Part shown: positions 37,882 through 48,200 of the stretch, piece after piece
Numbering within the stretch: position 1 is the stretch's first letter
Layout of the letters: every line of letters begins with the position of its first letter
Source of the DNA: Chthoniobacterales bacterium
GTDB taxonomy: Bacteria > Verrucomicrobiota > Verrucomicrobiia > Chthoniobacterales > UBA10450
Direction: 5' to 3'
NCBI GenBank assembly: GCA_035603575.1
Contig: DATNKD010000084.1
Location: 2,116-66,115, forward strand
DNA: 64,000 nt
The notes under the pieces: model-generated
The model's database searches: none
What the model was told of the DNA's origin: nothing
Seen by the model: only the letters and a program-made list of their open reading frames with translations
Translations under genes and position numbers: made by a program

Positions 37882-38754
37882 CTATTCCGCGGCATGCGTA
37901 GCTTCAGGACCGCCGTTGCTCTTTGCTCGAGCCAACTGTGTCCCGGCGTTCCGATCGGCGATGACGAAGGTATTGTTCTCTCCCAGTTTCGACCACGGTC
38001 CGCGCGGCACGTCCTTGAAGTCGACGAACTGCCAATCGGTCACATCAGTTTCATTTAGACTAAGATAATCCCGCACCGCCGGAGAAACATCGAGACCGGC
38101 GCCTTTGTTCAGGTTTGGTTTTGGCCGTTCGTTGCCGAAAACGTATTGCCAATGGTCGGTCCGAAACGGTCCAGCATCTTCCCATTGCGCGTACGCGACT
38201 TTGTTTCCTTTGCGAATTGCGATCCAGCGATCTTTGCAAACCGAAACGCCGGGGCCTTGATACGCGCCCTTGAACCATGGAACGACGCGCGGCGCCTCTG
38301 GTCGATGACCGGTCGCGGCTTTGTCGTTGTAGGGCAGTGCACAATAAAATGGATTCTGCCGCGGCGTGAATTTTACCGGCGTATAATCCTGTCGCCGCGC
38401 CGGATTTGGATCGTCAAAGCCGCCGTAGCTTTTCGACCACTCTTTGTCCCATGAACTGGAGCGGTTCGGCGCCGGATTATTTTCACTCGGCTTTTCACCG
38501 ATCCAGAAAACGGTGGTCACAATCTGGCGCTTCCAGGGATACGGTTCGCTTGGCGAGGGTGGGGCCGATCTCAAATGAGTTGGCGCGAACGCGAGCGATT
38601 CCACACCGACCCGGGATTGGTCCGATTTTTTTTCTGGCTTTTTACTCAACTTCACCTTCGTCGGCTCCGCCTTAGTCACTGCTCCGTGAGCAAAAAGCGA
38701 CGTGACCGACGAGAGCAAAGCTGTCAGCGTGTGTGTGATTTTCCCCGGTTTCAT
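37882..38754 (-). CDS. Secreted hypothetical protein
   Basis: Signal peptide TLTALLSSVTSLFAHGA. Trp-rich conserved-looking core (VFWIGEKPS, YAQWEDAGPF). I cannot name a family with confidence. Confidence 0.6.
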   Translation of the reverse strand: MKPGKITHTLTALLSSVTSLFAHGAVTKAEPTKVKLSKKPEKKSDQSRVGVESLAFAPTHLRSAPPSPSEPYPWKRQIVTTVFWIGEKPSENNPAPNRSSSWDKEWSKSYGGFDDPNPARRQDYTPVKFTPRQNPFYCALPYNDKAATGHRPEAPRVVPWFKGAYQGPGVSVCKDRWIAIRKGNKVAYAQWEDAGPFRTDHWQYVFGNERPKPNLNKGAGLDVSPAVRDYLSLNETDVTDWQFVDFKDVPRGPWSKLGENNTFVIADRNAGTQLARAKSNGGPEATHAAE

Positions 38755-38886
38755 ATGGCCCAGCGGCGCGAATGCGCGGCAAAAATTTAGACGTTAACCC
38801 TCCCTAAGAAATTCGAATGAAGTCGCGTGATCGCGCTTAGTCAAATGAGTTATGTGCGGATAGAGCTTTTGGAGTCTTCTTTAAAT

Positions 38887-38943
38887 CACCTCACCTGCCG
38901 CTACGCGTCGTCCTCTCCCTCCTCGAGGGAGAGGAGTGAGGTG
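38887..38943 (-). terminator. Compound GC-rich hairpin downstream of the glcD-like gene
   Basis: Inner arms TCCTCTCCCT/AGGGAGAGGA and outer arms CACCTCAC/GTGAGGTG. Same family as 57415-57462. Confidence 0.5.
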
Positions 38944-38969
38944 AGGGTTCTGCTCCGCTCCAAGGCGCT

Positions 38970-40343
38970 TTATTCGATAAATTTTCCGGGATTTAGAATC
39001 CCATTTGGATCGAGGATGTCTTTGAGTTTGCGATGAAGATCGCGCACCGGTTCGCTGGTTGCTTCCGGCCACCAGCGTTTTTTCGCCAGACCGATTCCGT
39101 GTTCGCCGGTGATAACACCGCCCCAGGCCAGCACTTGCGCAAATAAATCATCGAGCGCGCGCTCTACTTTTTCGCGCACGCTCGCGTCACGATTGTAACG
39201 GTCCGCCATGATGTTGATGTGAATGTTGCCGTCGCCGGCATGGCCGAAACAGGCGATCGGAAATCCATACTTCGCGTGCAAGCGCTCCGCGAACTCGACA
39301 AGATCGACAATGCGGCTCCGGGGCACGACCACGTCCTGGTTCAATTTCGTCAGCCCGGTCGCGCGGAGCGAATTACTGAATTGCCGTCGCAAGGCCCACA
39401 GCTTCTCGCAATTTTCTTCGCCGGTTGCCATTTCAAGCGCATTTGGCTTGTTGTTCGCGAGTAATTGGCGAATCGCTTCCGCTTCGCTTCGCACGCTTTC
39501 TTTCTGGCCGTCAAGATCGACCAGGAGATGCGCGCTGCCCGGCGGAACAAGGGCTTTGCCCAGGTCTTTGCGCGCGGCTTCGAGCGTAAAACTGTCGGCG
39601 ATCTCGAGCGATGACGGCAAAAAACCTTTCTCGAAAATTTCCTGCACCGCGGCGGCCGCTTGCGAAATGTTAGCGAATGCCGCGGAGAGCGTTGCCCGCG
39701 CCGGCGGAAGCGGCAGCAACCGCAGCGTGATTTCAGTGACGACGCCGAGCATTCCTTCCGATCCAACAAAAAGACCAACCAAGTCGAATCCCGTTTTATT
39801 TTTGTGGACGCGTCCGCCGGTCCGCAGAACCTCCCCGCTTGCGAGGACCACTTCCAAGCCGGTCACATAGTTGCGCGTGACGCCATACTTCAAACAGCGC
39901 GGCCCGCCCGCGTTCGTGGCGATGTTCCCGCCGATGCTGCAATCTTTCATGCTCGCCGGATCCGGCGGATAAAATAACTTTTTTGCGCGCGCGGCCGCCT
40001 TCAGGTCGGACGTGATCGCACCTGGTTCGACAATCGCGATCGCGTCGGCAAAACTGATTTCCTTGATCCGGTTCATTCGCATGAGCGAAAGTGCGATGCC
40101 TTTCTTCGACGGAACGCAGCCACCGACGTAACCGAATCCAGCCCCTCGAGCAGTCACGGGAATTTTTCTCTGCGAAGCAAATCTTAGCAGCTTCGACGCG
40201 TCGGATGTCGATCTTGCGAAGACCACAACTTCCGGCACTTCAGCGGCGAACCATTTATCGCCGCTGTGTGCCGCGAGAGTATCCGGATCGTCGGCGATTG
40301 CGTCGTTGCTTAGCAACTGCCGCAGTTCGTCGCCCAATGACAT
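38970..40343 (-). CDS. FAD-linked oxidase (GlcD / D-lactate dehydrogenase family)
   Basis: FAD-binding PCMH domain (VTARGAGFGYVGG, GGNIATNAGG) and a C-terminal FAD-oxidase domain (GEHGIGLAK). Confidence 0.85.
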   Translation of the reverse strand: MSLGDELRQLLSNDAIADDPDTLAAHSGDKWFAAEVPEVVVFARSTSDASKLLRFASQRKIPVTARGAGFGYVGGCVPSKKGIALSLMRMNRIKEISFADAIAIVEPGAITSDLKAAARAKKLFYPPDPASMKDCSIGGNIATNAGGPRCLKYGVTRNYVTGLEVVLASGEVLRTGGRVHKNKTGFDLVGLFVGSEGMLGVVTEITLRLLPLPPARATLSAAFANISQAAAAVQEIFEKGFLPSSLEIADSFTLEAARKDLGKALVPPGSAHLLVDLDGQKESVRSEAEAIRQLLANNKPNALEMATGEENCEKLWALRRQFSNSLRATGLTKLNQDVVVPRSRIVDLVEFAERLHAKYGFPIACFGHAGDGNIHINIMADRYNRDASVREKVERALDDLFAQVLAWGGVITGEHGIGLAKKRWWPEATSEPVRDLHRKLKDILDPNGILNPGKFIE

Positions 40344-40658
40344 CTAGTTAAGTGGGACGATTCGGTAGTGTCGCGATCGTTCGCTGTGTCGTTTGAGCAG
40401 TCGCCGCGCCTCGGGAGGGATGACCGGTTGCTCATAGTCTTTGCCCGCGAAAATTTTCACGGCATCGAGCGTTTCGAAGCGCAGCAACGTGATAAATTCC
40501 ATCTCATCGTTTCCCGCTTCCCGAACAAATAATTCCGCACCTTTATAGCCGGGAATGCTGCGTTGTGCGATTTCGAGCAAAACTTCTTCGCGCAGGAGCT
40601 TTTCGTATTTCTCCCCGTTTTTGCATGACGTCCAGCCGTGCCAAATCCGCGCGATCAT
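40344..40658 (-). CDS. ABM (antibiotic biosynthesis monooxygenase-like) domain protein
   Basis: MIARIWHGWT...YEKLL...FITLLRFETLDAVKIFAG is typical of the Dabb fold. The start was trimmed to avoid overlapping fabI. Confidence 0.55.
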   Translation of the reverse strand: MIARIWHGWTSCKNGEKYEKLLREEVLLEIAQRSIPGYKGAELFVREAGNDEMEFITLLRFETLDAVKIFAGKDYEQPVIPPEARRLLKRHSERSRHYRIVPLN

Positions 40659-40663
40659 AATTT

Positions 40664-41440
40664 CTACATCCCCATAATTTGGTAGCCGCCGTCCGCGTAG
40701 ATCACCTGGCCGGTGATGGCCGCGGCGTCGTCGCTCGCTAAGAATACGCCGGTCGCACCCAGTTCGGACGGCTCGCAACTGCGCTTCAATGGGGCCCGTT
40801 CCTGGTAATGCTTCAGCATCTGGCTAAATCCGCTGATGCCGCGCGCGGCCAGGGTTTGCACCGGACCGGCCGAAATGCAATTCACCCGAATTTTTTTAGG
40901 GCCTAAATCGTATGCGAGGTAGCGAGTTGATGCCTCCAGGCTGGCTTTTGCCGCGCCCATGACGTTGTAATGCGGCACCACTTTCTTCGAGCCGTAATAA
41001 GTCATGGCCACAATGCTGCCGCCATTGGTCATTAATGGTGCAACTTCACGGGCAAGCGCGACCAGCGAATACGCGCTGATGTCGTGCGCGACCCGAAATG
41101 CTTCGCGCGTCGTGCTTACGAAATCGCCTTCCAGTGATTCTTTCGGCGCGAAGGCGATCGAGTGCAGTAGAAGATCGACATGGTCGGTTTCGCCGCGGAC
41201 TTTTTCGAAGAAACTTTTTATCTCGGCGTCGTTCGACACATCACAAGGGAAGAGCGGCGTTTTTTCTCCAAACGCTGTCGTTAATTCCTCGACATTTTCT
41301 TTCAGCCGTTCGCCTTGATAATTGAAGATCAGACGCGCTCCCGCCGCCGCCCAGGCTTGGGCGATTGCCCAGGCGATACTGCGCTTATTCGCGACACCGA
41401 AGACAACTCCAACCTTTCCTTCCAGCACTGGTTGCGTCAT
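40664..41440 (-). CDS. fabI: Enoyl-ACP reductase (NADH), FabI
   Basis: GVANKRSIAW, MTYYGSKKVVPHYNVMGAAKASLEA and ISAGPVQTLAA. Confidence 0.9.
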   Translation of the reverse strand: MTQPVLEGKVGVVFGVANKRSIAWAIAQAWAAAGARLIFNYQGERLKENVEELTTAFGEKTPLFPCDVSNDAEIKSFFEKVRGETDHVDLLLHSIAFAPKESLEGDFVSTTREAFRVAHDISAYSLVALAREVAPLMTNGGSIVAMTYYGSKKVVPHYNVMGAAKASLEASTRYLAYDLGPKKIRVNCISAGPVQTLAARGISGFSQMLKHYQERAPLKRSCEPSELGATGVFLASDDAAAITGQVIYADGGYQIMGM

Positions 41441-41552
41441 ACAAGATCGACAATATTGCGGCGCTCAGAGAGGGCCGCTACAGAAATCTGCAGGGTCGCC
41501 TCGGCGACTTGCTCTACAACGTATCAATCGCCATGATTTATTCTTCACGCTT

Positions 41553-44372
41553 ATGAGTACTCGATTCGCTTCGATCTTCGGTTTGTTCGTCACCCTTTGC
41601 TCGATTTCGCTCGCCCAGGAAGAATCTCCGCCCGCATCCGCGCCCGCCGCGGCGGGATCGCTGCCGGCCGCATCGCCGGTCAGCACGACACCGCCGTTGT
41701 CGGCTTCAGTGACGCCTGCGCCGTCGTCTGGCGCTCCGCAATTGACTGACGTTCTTTTCAAAAATCTGAAAGCACGTTCGATCGGTCCCGCGGTGATGGG
41801 CGGCCGCGTCTCCGACATTGCGATCGATCCACGCAATCCATTCGTGTTTTACGTCGCGCTCGGACACGGTGGCGTTTTCAAGTCGGGCGACAGTGGCGTT
41901 TCGTTCGACCCAATTTTCGACAAACAGCCCGTGCTTTCGATCGGGGCCATCGCGGTTGCGCCTTCCGATTCGGATGTCATCTGGGTCGGAAGCGGTGAAG
42001 CGAACGACCGGAATTCTTCCGATTGGGGCGACGGCGTTTATCGGACGACTGACGGGGGCGAGCACTGGACGAACGTCGGGCTAAAGGACAGCCGGACGAT
42101 TGCACGGATCGTTGTCGATCCGAAAAATCCAGACGTCGCTTATGTCGCGGCGATGGGACATTTGTGGGCGGACGGTGGCGAGCGCGGCCTCTACAAAACA
42201 ACTGACGGTGGCAAAACGTGGAAGCTCGTTCTGCAGGCCGCCGCGCCGCACAACGCGCGCACCGGCTGTGGCGACGTAATTCTCGATCCAAGTAATCCGC
42301 AAATTGTCTATGCGGCGCTTTACGCGCGGCAGCGCACGCCTTGGAGTTTTACTTCCGGACCGAATGCGACCGCCGGTGAGGATGTCGGCGGAATTTTCAA
42401 GAGCATGGACGGCGGTGCAACCTGGAAAAAATTGAGCGGCGGTTTGCCCGCCCAAACCGGACGCATCGGTCTGGCCGCGAGCGCGAGCAATCCGAAAATT
42501 GTGATGGCGGTCGTGCAAAGTTTTGAAGGCGGTTCGGGGACTCTGAGCGACCTGCGCAGCAAGAGCGGCGGCGTTTTTCGATCGGAAGACAACGGCGAGC
42601 ATTGGACGCGGATGAGCGCGATGGATCCGCGCCCGTTTTACTTCAGCCAGATCCGGATCGATCCGGCGAACGATCAGCGCGTTTATCTGCTCCAGTTTGC
42701 GCTCTTGGTGTCAGATGACGGAGGCAAAAATTTCCGGGAAGATCTTTCCGAAAAAGTTCATGCCGATTGCCACGCGCTGGCGATTCAGCCCGGCACTGTG
42801 CCGGCGCCCAAACCGCCGAAGCCGGAAGACAAAAACAAACCGCCGAAACCGCCGGTGTGTCAGCGTTTGTTGCTGGGGACGGACGGCGGTCTTTACCAAA
42901 GTTTTGCCGGCGGCAAAAATTGGGACCACCTGAGCAAGATTCCGGCCGGAGAGTTTTATCGGATCAGTCTCGACGATTCGAAACTGTACTTCCGCATCGC
43001 GGGCGGGTTGCAGGACAACGAGAACTGGGTCGGGCCGAGCGGCGTGCAGAGCAAAGAGTTGATTCGCAACTCCGATTGGACCGCGCTCGCCGGTGGCGAC
43101 GGTTTTTATGTTCTGTTCGATCCCACCGATCGCGACACGTTTTACGCCGAGAGTCAGGGTGGGGAAGTGCACCGGATCAATTTGCGCAACGGCGAGCTGC
43201 GGCGTTTGCGGCCCGAACCAACGGAAGGTGCGCCGCGTTATCGGTTCCATTGGAATTCGCCAATGGTCATGAGCAAACACAAACCGGGCGTGATTTATCT
43301 CGGTGGCAATTGCGTTTTCAAACTGACCGATCGGATGGAAAAATATTCGGTGATCAGTCCTGATCTGACGCACGACGATCCAAACAAAACGAATGCGGTC
43401 GGGAGCGGCGCCGAAAATTATGGCGTGGTGTTTTCGCTGGCGGAATCGCCCAAGCGCGCAGGCTTGCTCTGGGCCGGGACCGACGACGGTCGACTTTGGA
43501 TCACTGAAAACGACGGCGGCAAATGGACCGAGCTGACCAACAATTTGCCGGAGCCGGCGCGCGGACAATGGGTCGTGCGCATCGAGGCGTCGAATATCGA
43601 TCCAAACGTCGCTTACGTGGCGACCAATGCGTATCGCACCGGCGACGATCGTCCGATGATCTTGCGCACGAGCGATCTCGGCAAAACGTGGCAATCGGTC
43701 GCTGGCGATTTGCCGGCGAGCGCTTCAGTCGAAGTCGTTCGCGAAGATCCGGTCAATCCGAAACTGCTCTACGCTGGGACGCATTTCGGATTGTTCGGGT
43801 CATTCGACCAAGGGGCGCATTGGGTACGGATCGGCGATGTTCCGCCCGTGCGGGTGGACGACATTCAAATTCATCCGCGGACAGCTGATCTCGCCATCGC
43901 GACTCACGGCCGCAGCATCGCGGTTCTCGATGACAGCACGCCGTTTCGTGAATTCACTCAGGAGATCGCCGCGAAACCGGCACATCTATTTAGTGTCCGC
44001 TCGGTCACCGGCGCTTATCTCCAGCCCGGATTTGTGGATGCCAACGGGAAAGGCATTTATCGGGGAAAGAATCCAGACGAAGGCGCGCTCTTTACGGTCT
44101 GGGTACGCGAATTCACCGGCGACGAAATTAAAATTTCAGTCACGAAATCGAGCGGACAACCGGTCGCGACCATCAAAGCACCCGGCACGCCCGGGTTCAC
44201 GCGATTGAATTGGGACCTGCGCCCGACCAAAGATGTCAGCGTCGAATACGGCGGCGACGATCCGAAACGCTTGCTGCCGGCGGGCGATTACAACGCCGAA
44301 CTAACTTTCGGCACGAACAAGGTGAAACAAAGCTTCCACGTCGATCTGGCCGAAGGCATCACGCCGAGGTGA
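41553..44372 (+). CDS. Secreted BNR/Asp-box repeat protein (sortilin/VPS10- or GH74-like beta-propellers)
   Basis: Signal peptide MSTRFASIFGLFVTLCSISLAQ. At least 8 Asp-box motifs (TTDGGEHWT, TTDGGKTWK, SMDGGATWK, SEDNGEHWT, TENDGGKWT, TSDLGKTWQ and others). Confidence 0.8.
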   Translation: MSTRFASIFGLFVTLCSISLAQEESPPASAPAAAGSLPAASPVSTTPPLSASVTPAPSSGAPQLTDVLFKNLKARSIGPAVMGGRVSDIAIDPRNPFVFYVALGHGGVFKSGDSGVSFDPIFDKQPVLSIGAIAVAPSDSDVIWVGSGEANDRNSSDWGDGVYRTTDGGEHWTNVGLKDSRTIARIVVDPKNPDVAYVAAMGHLWADGGERGLYKTTDGGKTWKLVLQAAAPHNARTGCGDVILDPSNPQIVYAALYARQRTPWSFTSGPNATAGEDVGGIFKSMDGGATWKKLSGGLPAQTGRIGLAASASNPKIVMAVVQSFEGGSGTLSDLRSKSGGVFRSEDNGEHWTRMSAMDPRPFYFSQIRIDPANDQRVYLLQFALLVSDDGGKNFREDLSEKVHADCHALAIQPGTVPAPKPPKPEDKNKPPKPPVCQRLLLGTDGGLYQSFAGGKNWDHLSKIPAGEFYRISLDDSKLYFRIAGGLQDNENWVGPSGVQSKELIRNSDWTALAGGDGFYVLFDPTDRDTFYAESQGGEVHRINLRNGELRRLRPEPTEGAPRYRFHWNSPMVMSKHKPGVIYLGGNCVFKLTDRMEKYSVISPDLTHDDPNKTNAVGSGAENYGVVFSLAESPKRAGLLWAGTDDGRLWITENDGGKWTELTNNLPEPARGQWVVRIEASNIDPNVAYVATNAYRTGDDRPMILRTSDLGKTWQSVAGDLPASASVEVVREDPVNPKLLYAGTHFGLFGSFDQGAHWVRIGDVPPVRVDDIQIHPRTADLAIATHGRSIAVLDDSTPFREFTQEIAAKPAHLFSVRSVTGAYLQPGFVDANGKGIYRGKNPDEGALFTVWVREFTGDEIKISVTKSSGQPVATIKAPGTPGFTRLNWDLRPTKDVSVEYGGDDPKRLLPAGDYNAELTFGTNKVKQSFHVDLAEGITPR

Positions 44373-44389
44373 TCTGAACATTTCCGCGT

Positions 44390-44424
44390 TTGAAACTTGA
44401 CTGCTTTAAGCGGTCGAGTTTCAA
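44390..44424. repeat. Copy C of the 21-nt palindrome, extended to a 35-nt hairpin between convergent genes
   Basis: TTGAAAC-TTGACTGCTTTAAGCGGTCGA-GTTTCAA. Confidence 0.55.
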
Positions 44425-44445
44425 GAGCGCGTCGTGGGATTGAAC

Positions 44446-45117
44446 TCAGCAGGCAATCGCGTGTCTTCGGCAAACGCCGGAGAGCATTTCCCAGAGCGCA
44501 TCGAGAACGCGGCGCACGGACGCGCGCACGTTGTCGATGTTGTGATTGTCGATGTACGAGTTGAGCATTTCGCGCTCGGCAGCGGAATGTTCGCGGTCTG
44601 CTTCGATGTGCACCGCGAAATATTCGTAATGCTTCGGATCGTTGAATCCGTAATGCTTTTTCAATCCGTCGATCTTCGATTCACAAATCGCGGGGATCTG
44701 ACTCTCGTAGGCGTAAAGCACGGCCAAACCCTCCGCGGTTGGTTTCTCGCCGCAGACAGATCGAAACGTATCGATCAGATTTTTTGTCTCCGGTTGCTTC
44801 TCGGTCTTCGCAAGATCGACATCTTCCACGCCGAGGCCTTCAGCAAATTGCTTCCAAAGCTCCGGGTGATTCGGCGAGCCGGCTTCCTCATCGATCAAAT
44901 TGGACAGAATTTGTTTCCGGGTCGGTTGATCGTCGCACTTGGCGTGTACCGCCGACAGATAAGTCGGAAACGCCGCGACATGGTGATAGTATTGCCGCGC
45001 ATAATCGGTCAGCGCCTCCTTGCTCAGCTCTCCGCGCGTCCAGGCGAGATAAAACGGATGTTTTAAGAGATGCTTCTCCGCAATGTCATTGTCGATCTTA
45101 TCGAGATGTTGGTTCAT
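44446..45117 (-). CDS. CADD-family (heme-oxygenase-like di-iron) protein; candidate PABA synthase
   Basis: HPFYLAWTRGELSKEAL, YARQYYHHVAAFPTYL, IDEEAG..HPELW and HIEADREH resemble Chlamydia CT610/CADD. Confidence 0.7.
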   Translation of the reverse strand: MNQHLDKIDNDIAEKHLLKHPFYLAWTRGELSKEALTDYARQYYHHVAAFPTYLSAVHAKCDDQPTRKQILSNLIDEEAGSPNHPELWKQFAEGLGVEDVDLAKTEKQPETKNLIDTFRSVCGEKPTAEGLAVLYAYESQIPAICESKIDGLKKHYGFNDPKHYEYFAVHIEADREHSAAEREMLNSYIDNHNIDNVRASVRRVLDALWEMLSGVCRRHAIAC

Positions 45118-45143
45118 AAGCTCTTTTCTACGGAATCATTACA

Positions 45144-45220
45144 GCCACAGATTGACATAGATTTTCGCAGATAAAAGAAACAGAATTCTGATCTGTGTTT
45201 CATCGGTGTTTATCTGTGGC
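45144..45220. repeat. Imperfect palindrome downstream of treS and upstream of the CADD gene
   Basis: Outer arms GCCACAGAT/ATCTGTGGC, with central CAGAATTCTG. Confidence 0.5.
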
Positions 45221-45226
45221 GACTGT

Positions 45227-48200
45227 CTATGCTGATTTCAAAATGTGCTTGATGCCGCGGATGGGGATGATGACCCAGTCGGGACGATTGTTTAGTTCGT
45301 AGCCGATTTCGTAGACGGCTTTGTCGAGGAGGTAGGCTTCGAGAAGAATTTGGAGGTCGTCGGAGTTTTGCGGGACGAACATCGCGCCGGGCGTTGTCTG
45401 CAAATAACTTTGGAGAAAGATGCTGCTCATCTGCCGATACCAGAGATCGGCCCAGCGCTCGAGAAACGGGACGTCTTCGGTGCGCATGGCCGGTTGCCAA
45501 AGCGCACTGTAGGCCGCGTATTGAAACGAGCGCATCATCCCGGCGACGTCGCGTAATGCTGAGCGCTTCAGTTTTCGCTCGCTCAACGGCCGCGCCGGTT
45601 CGCCCTCAAAATCAAGAATGACGAAATCTTTTCCGGTCGAGAGAATTTGTCCGAGATGATAGTCGCCGTGGATCCGAATTTTCGCCGCGTTAGTCTTGCG
45701 ATCGAGCAGACGCTTTTCGCAGGCGAGAATTTCCTTCTCGGTCCCGAGGACTTCTTTGGCTTCATCGCGAAGATTTTCGGGCACGTCGCGCAATTTCTTT
45801 TTCAACGAATCGAAATTGCGGCGCAGAAGAGCGCGCATGCTCTGATAAACGGAACGCTGGGCCATGGCATTGAACGGCTCGGGCGCGAACAGGGGATCGT
45901 CCCGGACCGACGCGAGCGCGAGATGCAATTCGCCGGTGCGTTGCGCGAGCAGTTTCGCTTTCTCGGCATAAACGCCGCCGACCAGGTCCTCAACCAGCGG
46001 TCCGGCCGGCGCGGTTTCATTTTGCAACTCGGCTTTGCGCGCGAGCACGCGTTCATAAAAACGGCCGACGTGATCGAGCGTCATTGTCCAGGCGTCGGCT
46101 TCGCTCGTGATTGCGTCCTGCAACAAGCAAACAACGGTGGGCTGCGTTTTAGCTCGGCGATATTCAATTGCGCCGCCGAACGCGGGCACATTTTCAAATC
46201 GCGCGCGCTCGGTGAGGAACCGCGTGACTTCCACGTCCGGATTCACGCCGTCTTCGAGCTTTCGGTAAAGCTTGAGGAAAAATTTGTCGGCAAAGAGCAT
46301 GGACGAATTGCTCTGCTCCCCGCGGAGCACATTTGAAGGTGGAATGGTCGTGACCGGTCCGATCCGTGGACTCAGTGCGCCGACAAGATTTCCGTTTCGC
46401 CCACTGGCATGTTGTCGATCTAACATGAGCCGGAAAAGCTTTTCGCGAAAATCGGCGTCCCAGACCGCGTCGAACAGAATCGAAGCCTTCTCGTCACCGA
46501 AGCGCGCGATGACAGCGTGGGGCGCGGATTGGACGAGCGCGCTCGCTTTCTCTCCGGAGACAATCTTTACTGGAAGGGCGTAGGTTTCGGTCGGTCCGTC
46601 GAGGTAACTGACTTCGACGAACCAAAATTGTGCGGCGTTGGGCTCGGAAGAAATGGTGGAGCGCTCGAGCACGCGCATCTGCCGCAGTGTGCGAGCTTTT
46701 GCGCCGAACCAACGGCAAGTGGCGATATATTCGGGCAGAATTTCGCCTTCGATGCGCGCACGCTCGCCATCGTCGAGCAACGATTGCAACTCAGGACGCG
46801 CGTTGAGCGTTGGGACCACCCGCTTTTTCTCCAGTCGCCGCCGCTCGCTCTGCGGTTGCAGCGTAAACCAGTAATGCGAATGCGGGCCAAGGGTCAGCAC
46901 GTAGGCGGATTTTTTGATGATTGGAAATGGATTGCGGCTGAACACTTCAATCGGGACACATCCGGAAAAGCGCGACAAATCCAGCTCAACCGATTGCGCG
47001 AAACGGGAAAGATTTACGACAACAAGAATGGTTTCGTTTTCGTAGCGGCGGAGGAAGGCGAGCACCTTTGCGTTATCCGGAAAAAGAAATTCGAGAGTGC
47101 CGCGTGAAAAAGCGCGGAAATTTTTTCGCATCGCGATGACGCGGCGCATCCACCAAAGCAGCGAGGACAGATTCTTTTGCTGATTTTCGACGTTAGTTGC
47201 TTCGTAGTGGTATTCAGGATCGATGATGACTGGCAAATGCAGCTGTTGCGGGTTGGCCAGTGAAAAACCGGCGTTGCGATCTGGGCTCCACTGCATCGGC
47301 GTGCGACAACCGTTGCGATCGCCGAGGTAAATGTTGTCGCCCATTCCGATTTCGTCGCCGTAGTAGATGATGGGCGTGCCGGGCATGGAGAGAAGCATGG
47401 TGTTGAGCAGCTCCATTTTCCGCCGGCTGTTGGTGAGCAACGGCGCGAGGCGGCGGCGAATGCCGAGGTTAATGCGCGCGTGCGGGTCATTGGCATAAAC
47501 TCGCCACATGTAATCGCGCTCCTCGTCGGTCACCATTTCGAGAGTCAGCTCGTCATGATTGCGCAGGAACATCGCCCACTGGCAGTTGTCGGGAATCGGC
47601 GGCGTTTGATCGAGGATGTCGATGATCGGAAACCGATCCTCCATTTGCAGGGCCATAAACATTCGCGGCATGAGCGGGAAATGAAAACTCATATGCGATT
47701 CATCGCCGCTGCCGAAATATGCGGCCGCGTCCTCCGGCCACTGGTTCGCTTCCGCGAGCAACATCCGGCCGGGAAACTTTTGATCGACGTGCGCGCGCAA
47801 CTTTTTCAGGTAGGCGTGCGTTTCGGGTAAATTTTCGCAGCTCGTGCCTTCGCGCTCGTAAAGATAAGGCACGGCGTCGAGCCGCAATCCGTCGACCCCC
47901 ATCGCCAGCCAGAAGTCGCAAACCTTCTCGACCGCTTCGTGCACGACCGGATTGTCGAAGTTCAAATCGGGCTGGTGCGCGTAGAAACGATGCCAGTAAT
48001 AAGCCTTGGCCAGCGGATCCCACGACCAGTTGGAAGTTTCGAAATCTTTGAAGATGATCCGCGCGTCAGAGTATTTTTCCGGCGTATCGCTCCAGACGTA
48101 AAATTCGCGCTCGGGCGAACCGGCACGCGATTTTCTCGATTTTTGGAACCACGGATTCTGATCGGACGTGTGGTTAATGACCAACTCGGTGATGACGCGC

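Noticed and set aside
41322-41552. N-terminal extensions offered by the ORF track (41322, 33420, 51750, 50912, 40778, 60900, 37331, 48541, 20882, 21833)
   Set aside because: The extensions overlap neighbouring genes or precede obvious signal peptides or conserved N-termini. Internal starts were chosen instead.
42711-43694. 327 aa minus-strand ORF
   Set aside because: It is an antisense shadow of the BNR/Asp-box gene, with low-complexity Arg/Pro-rich content.
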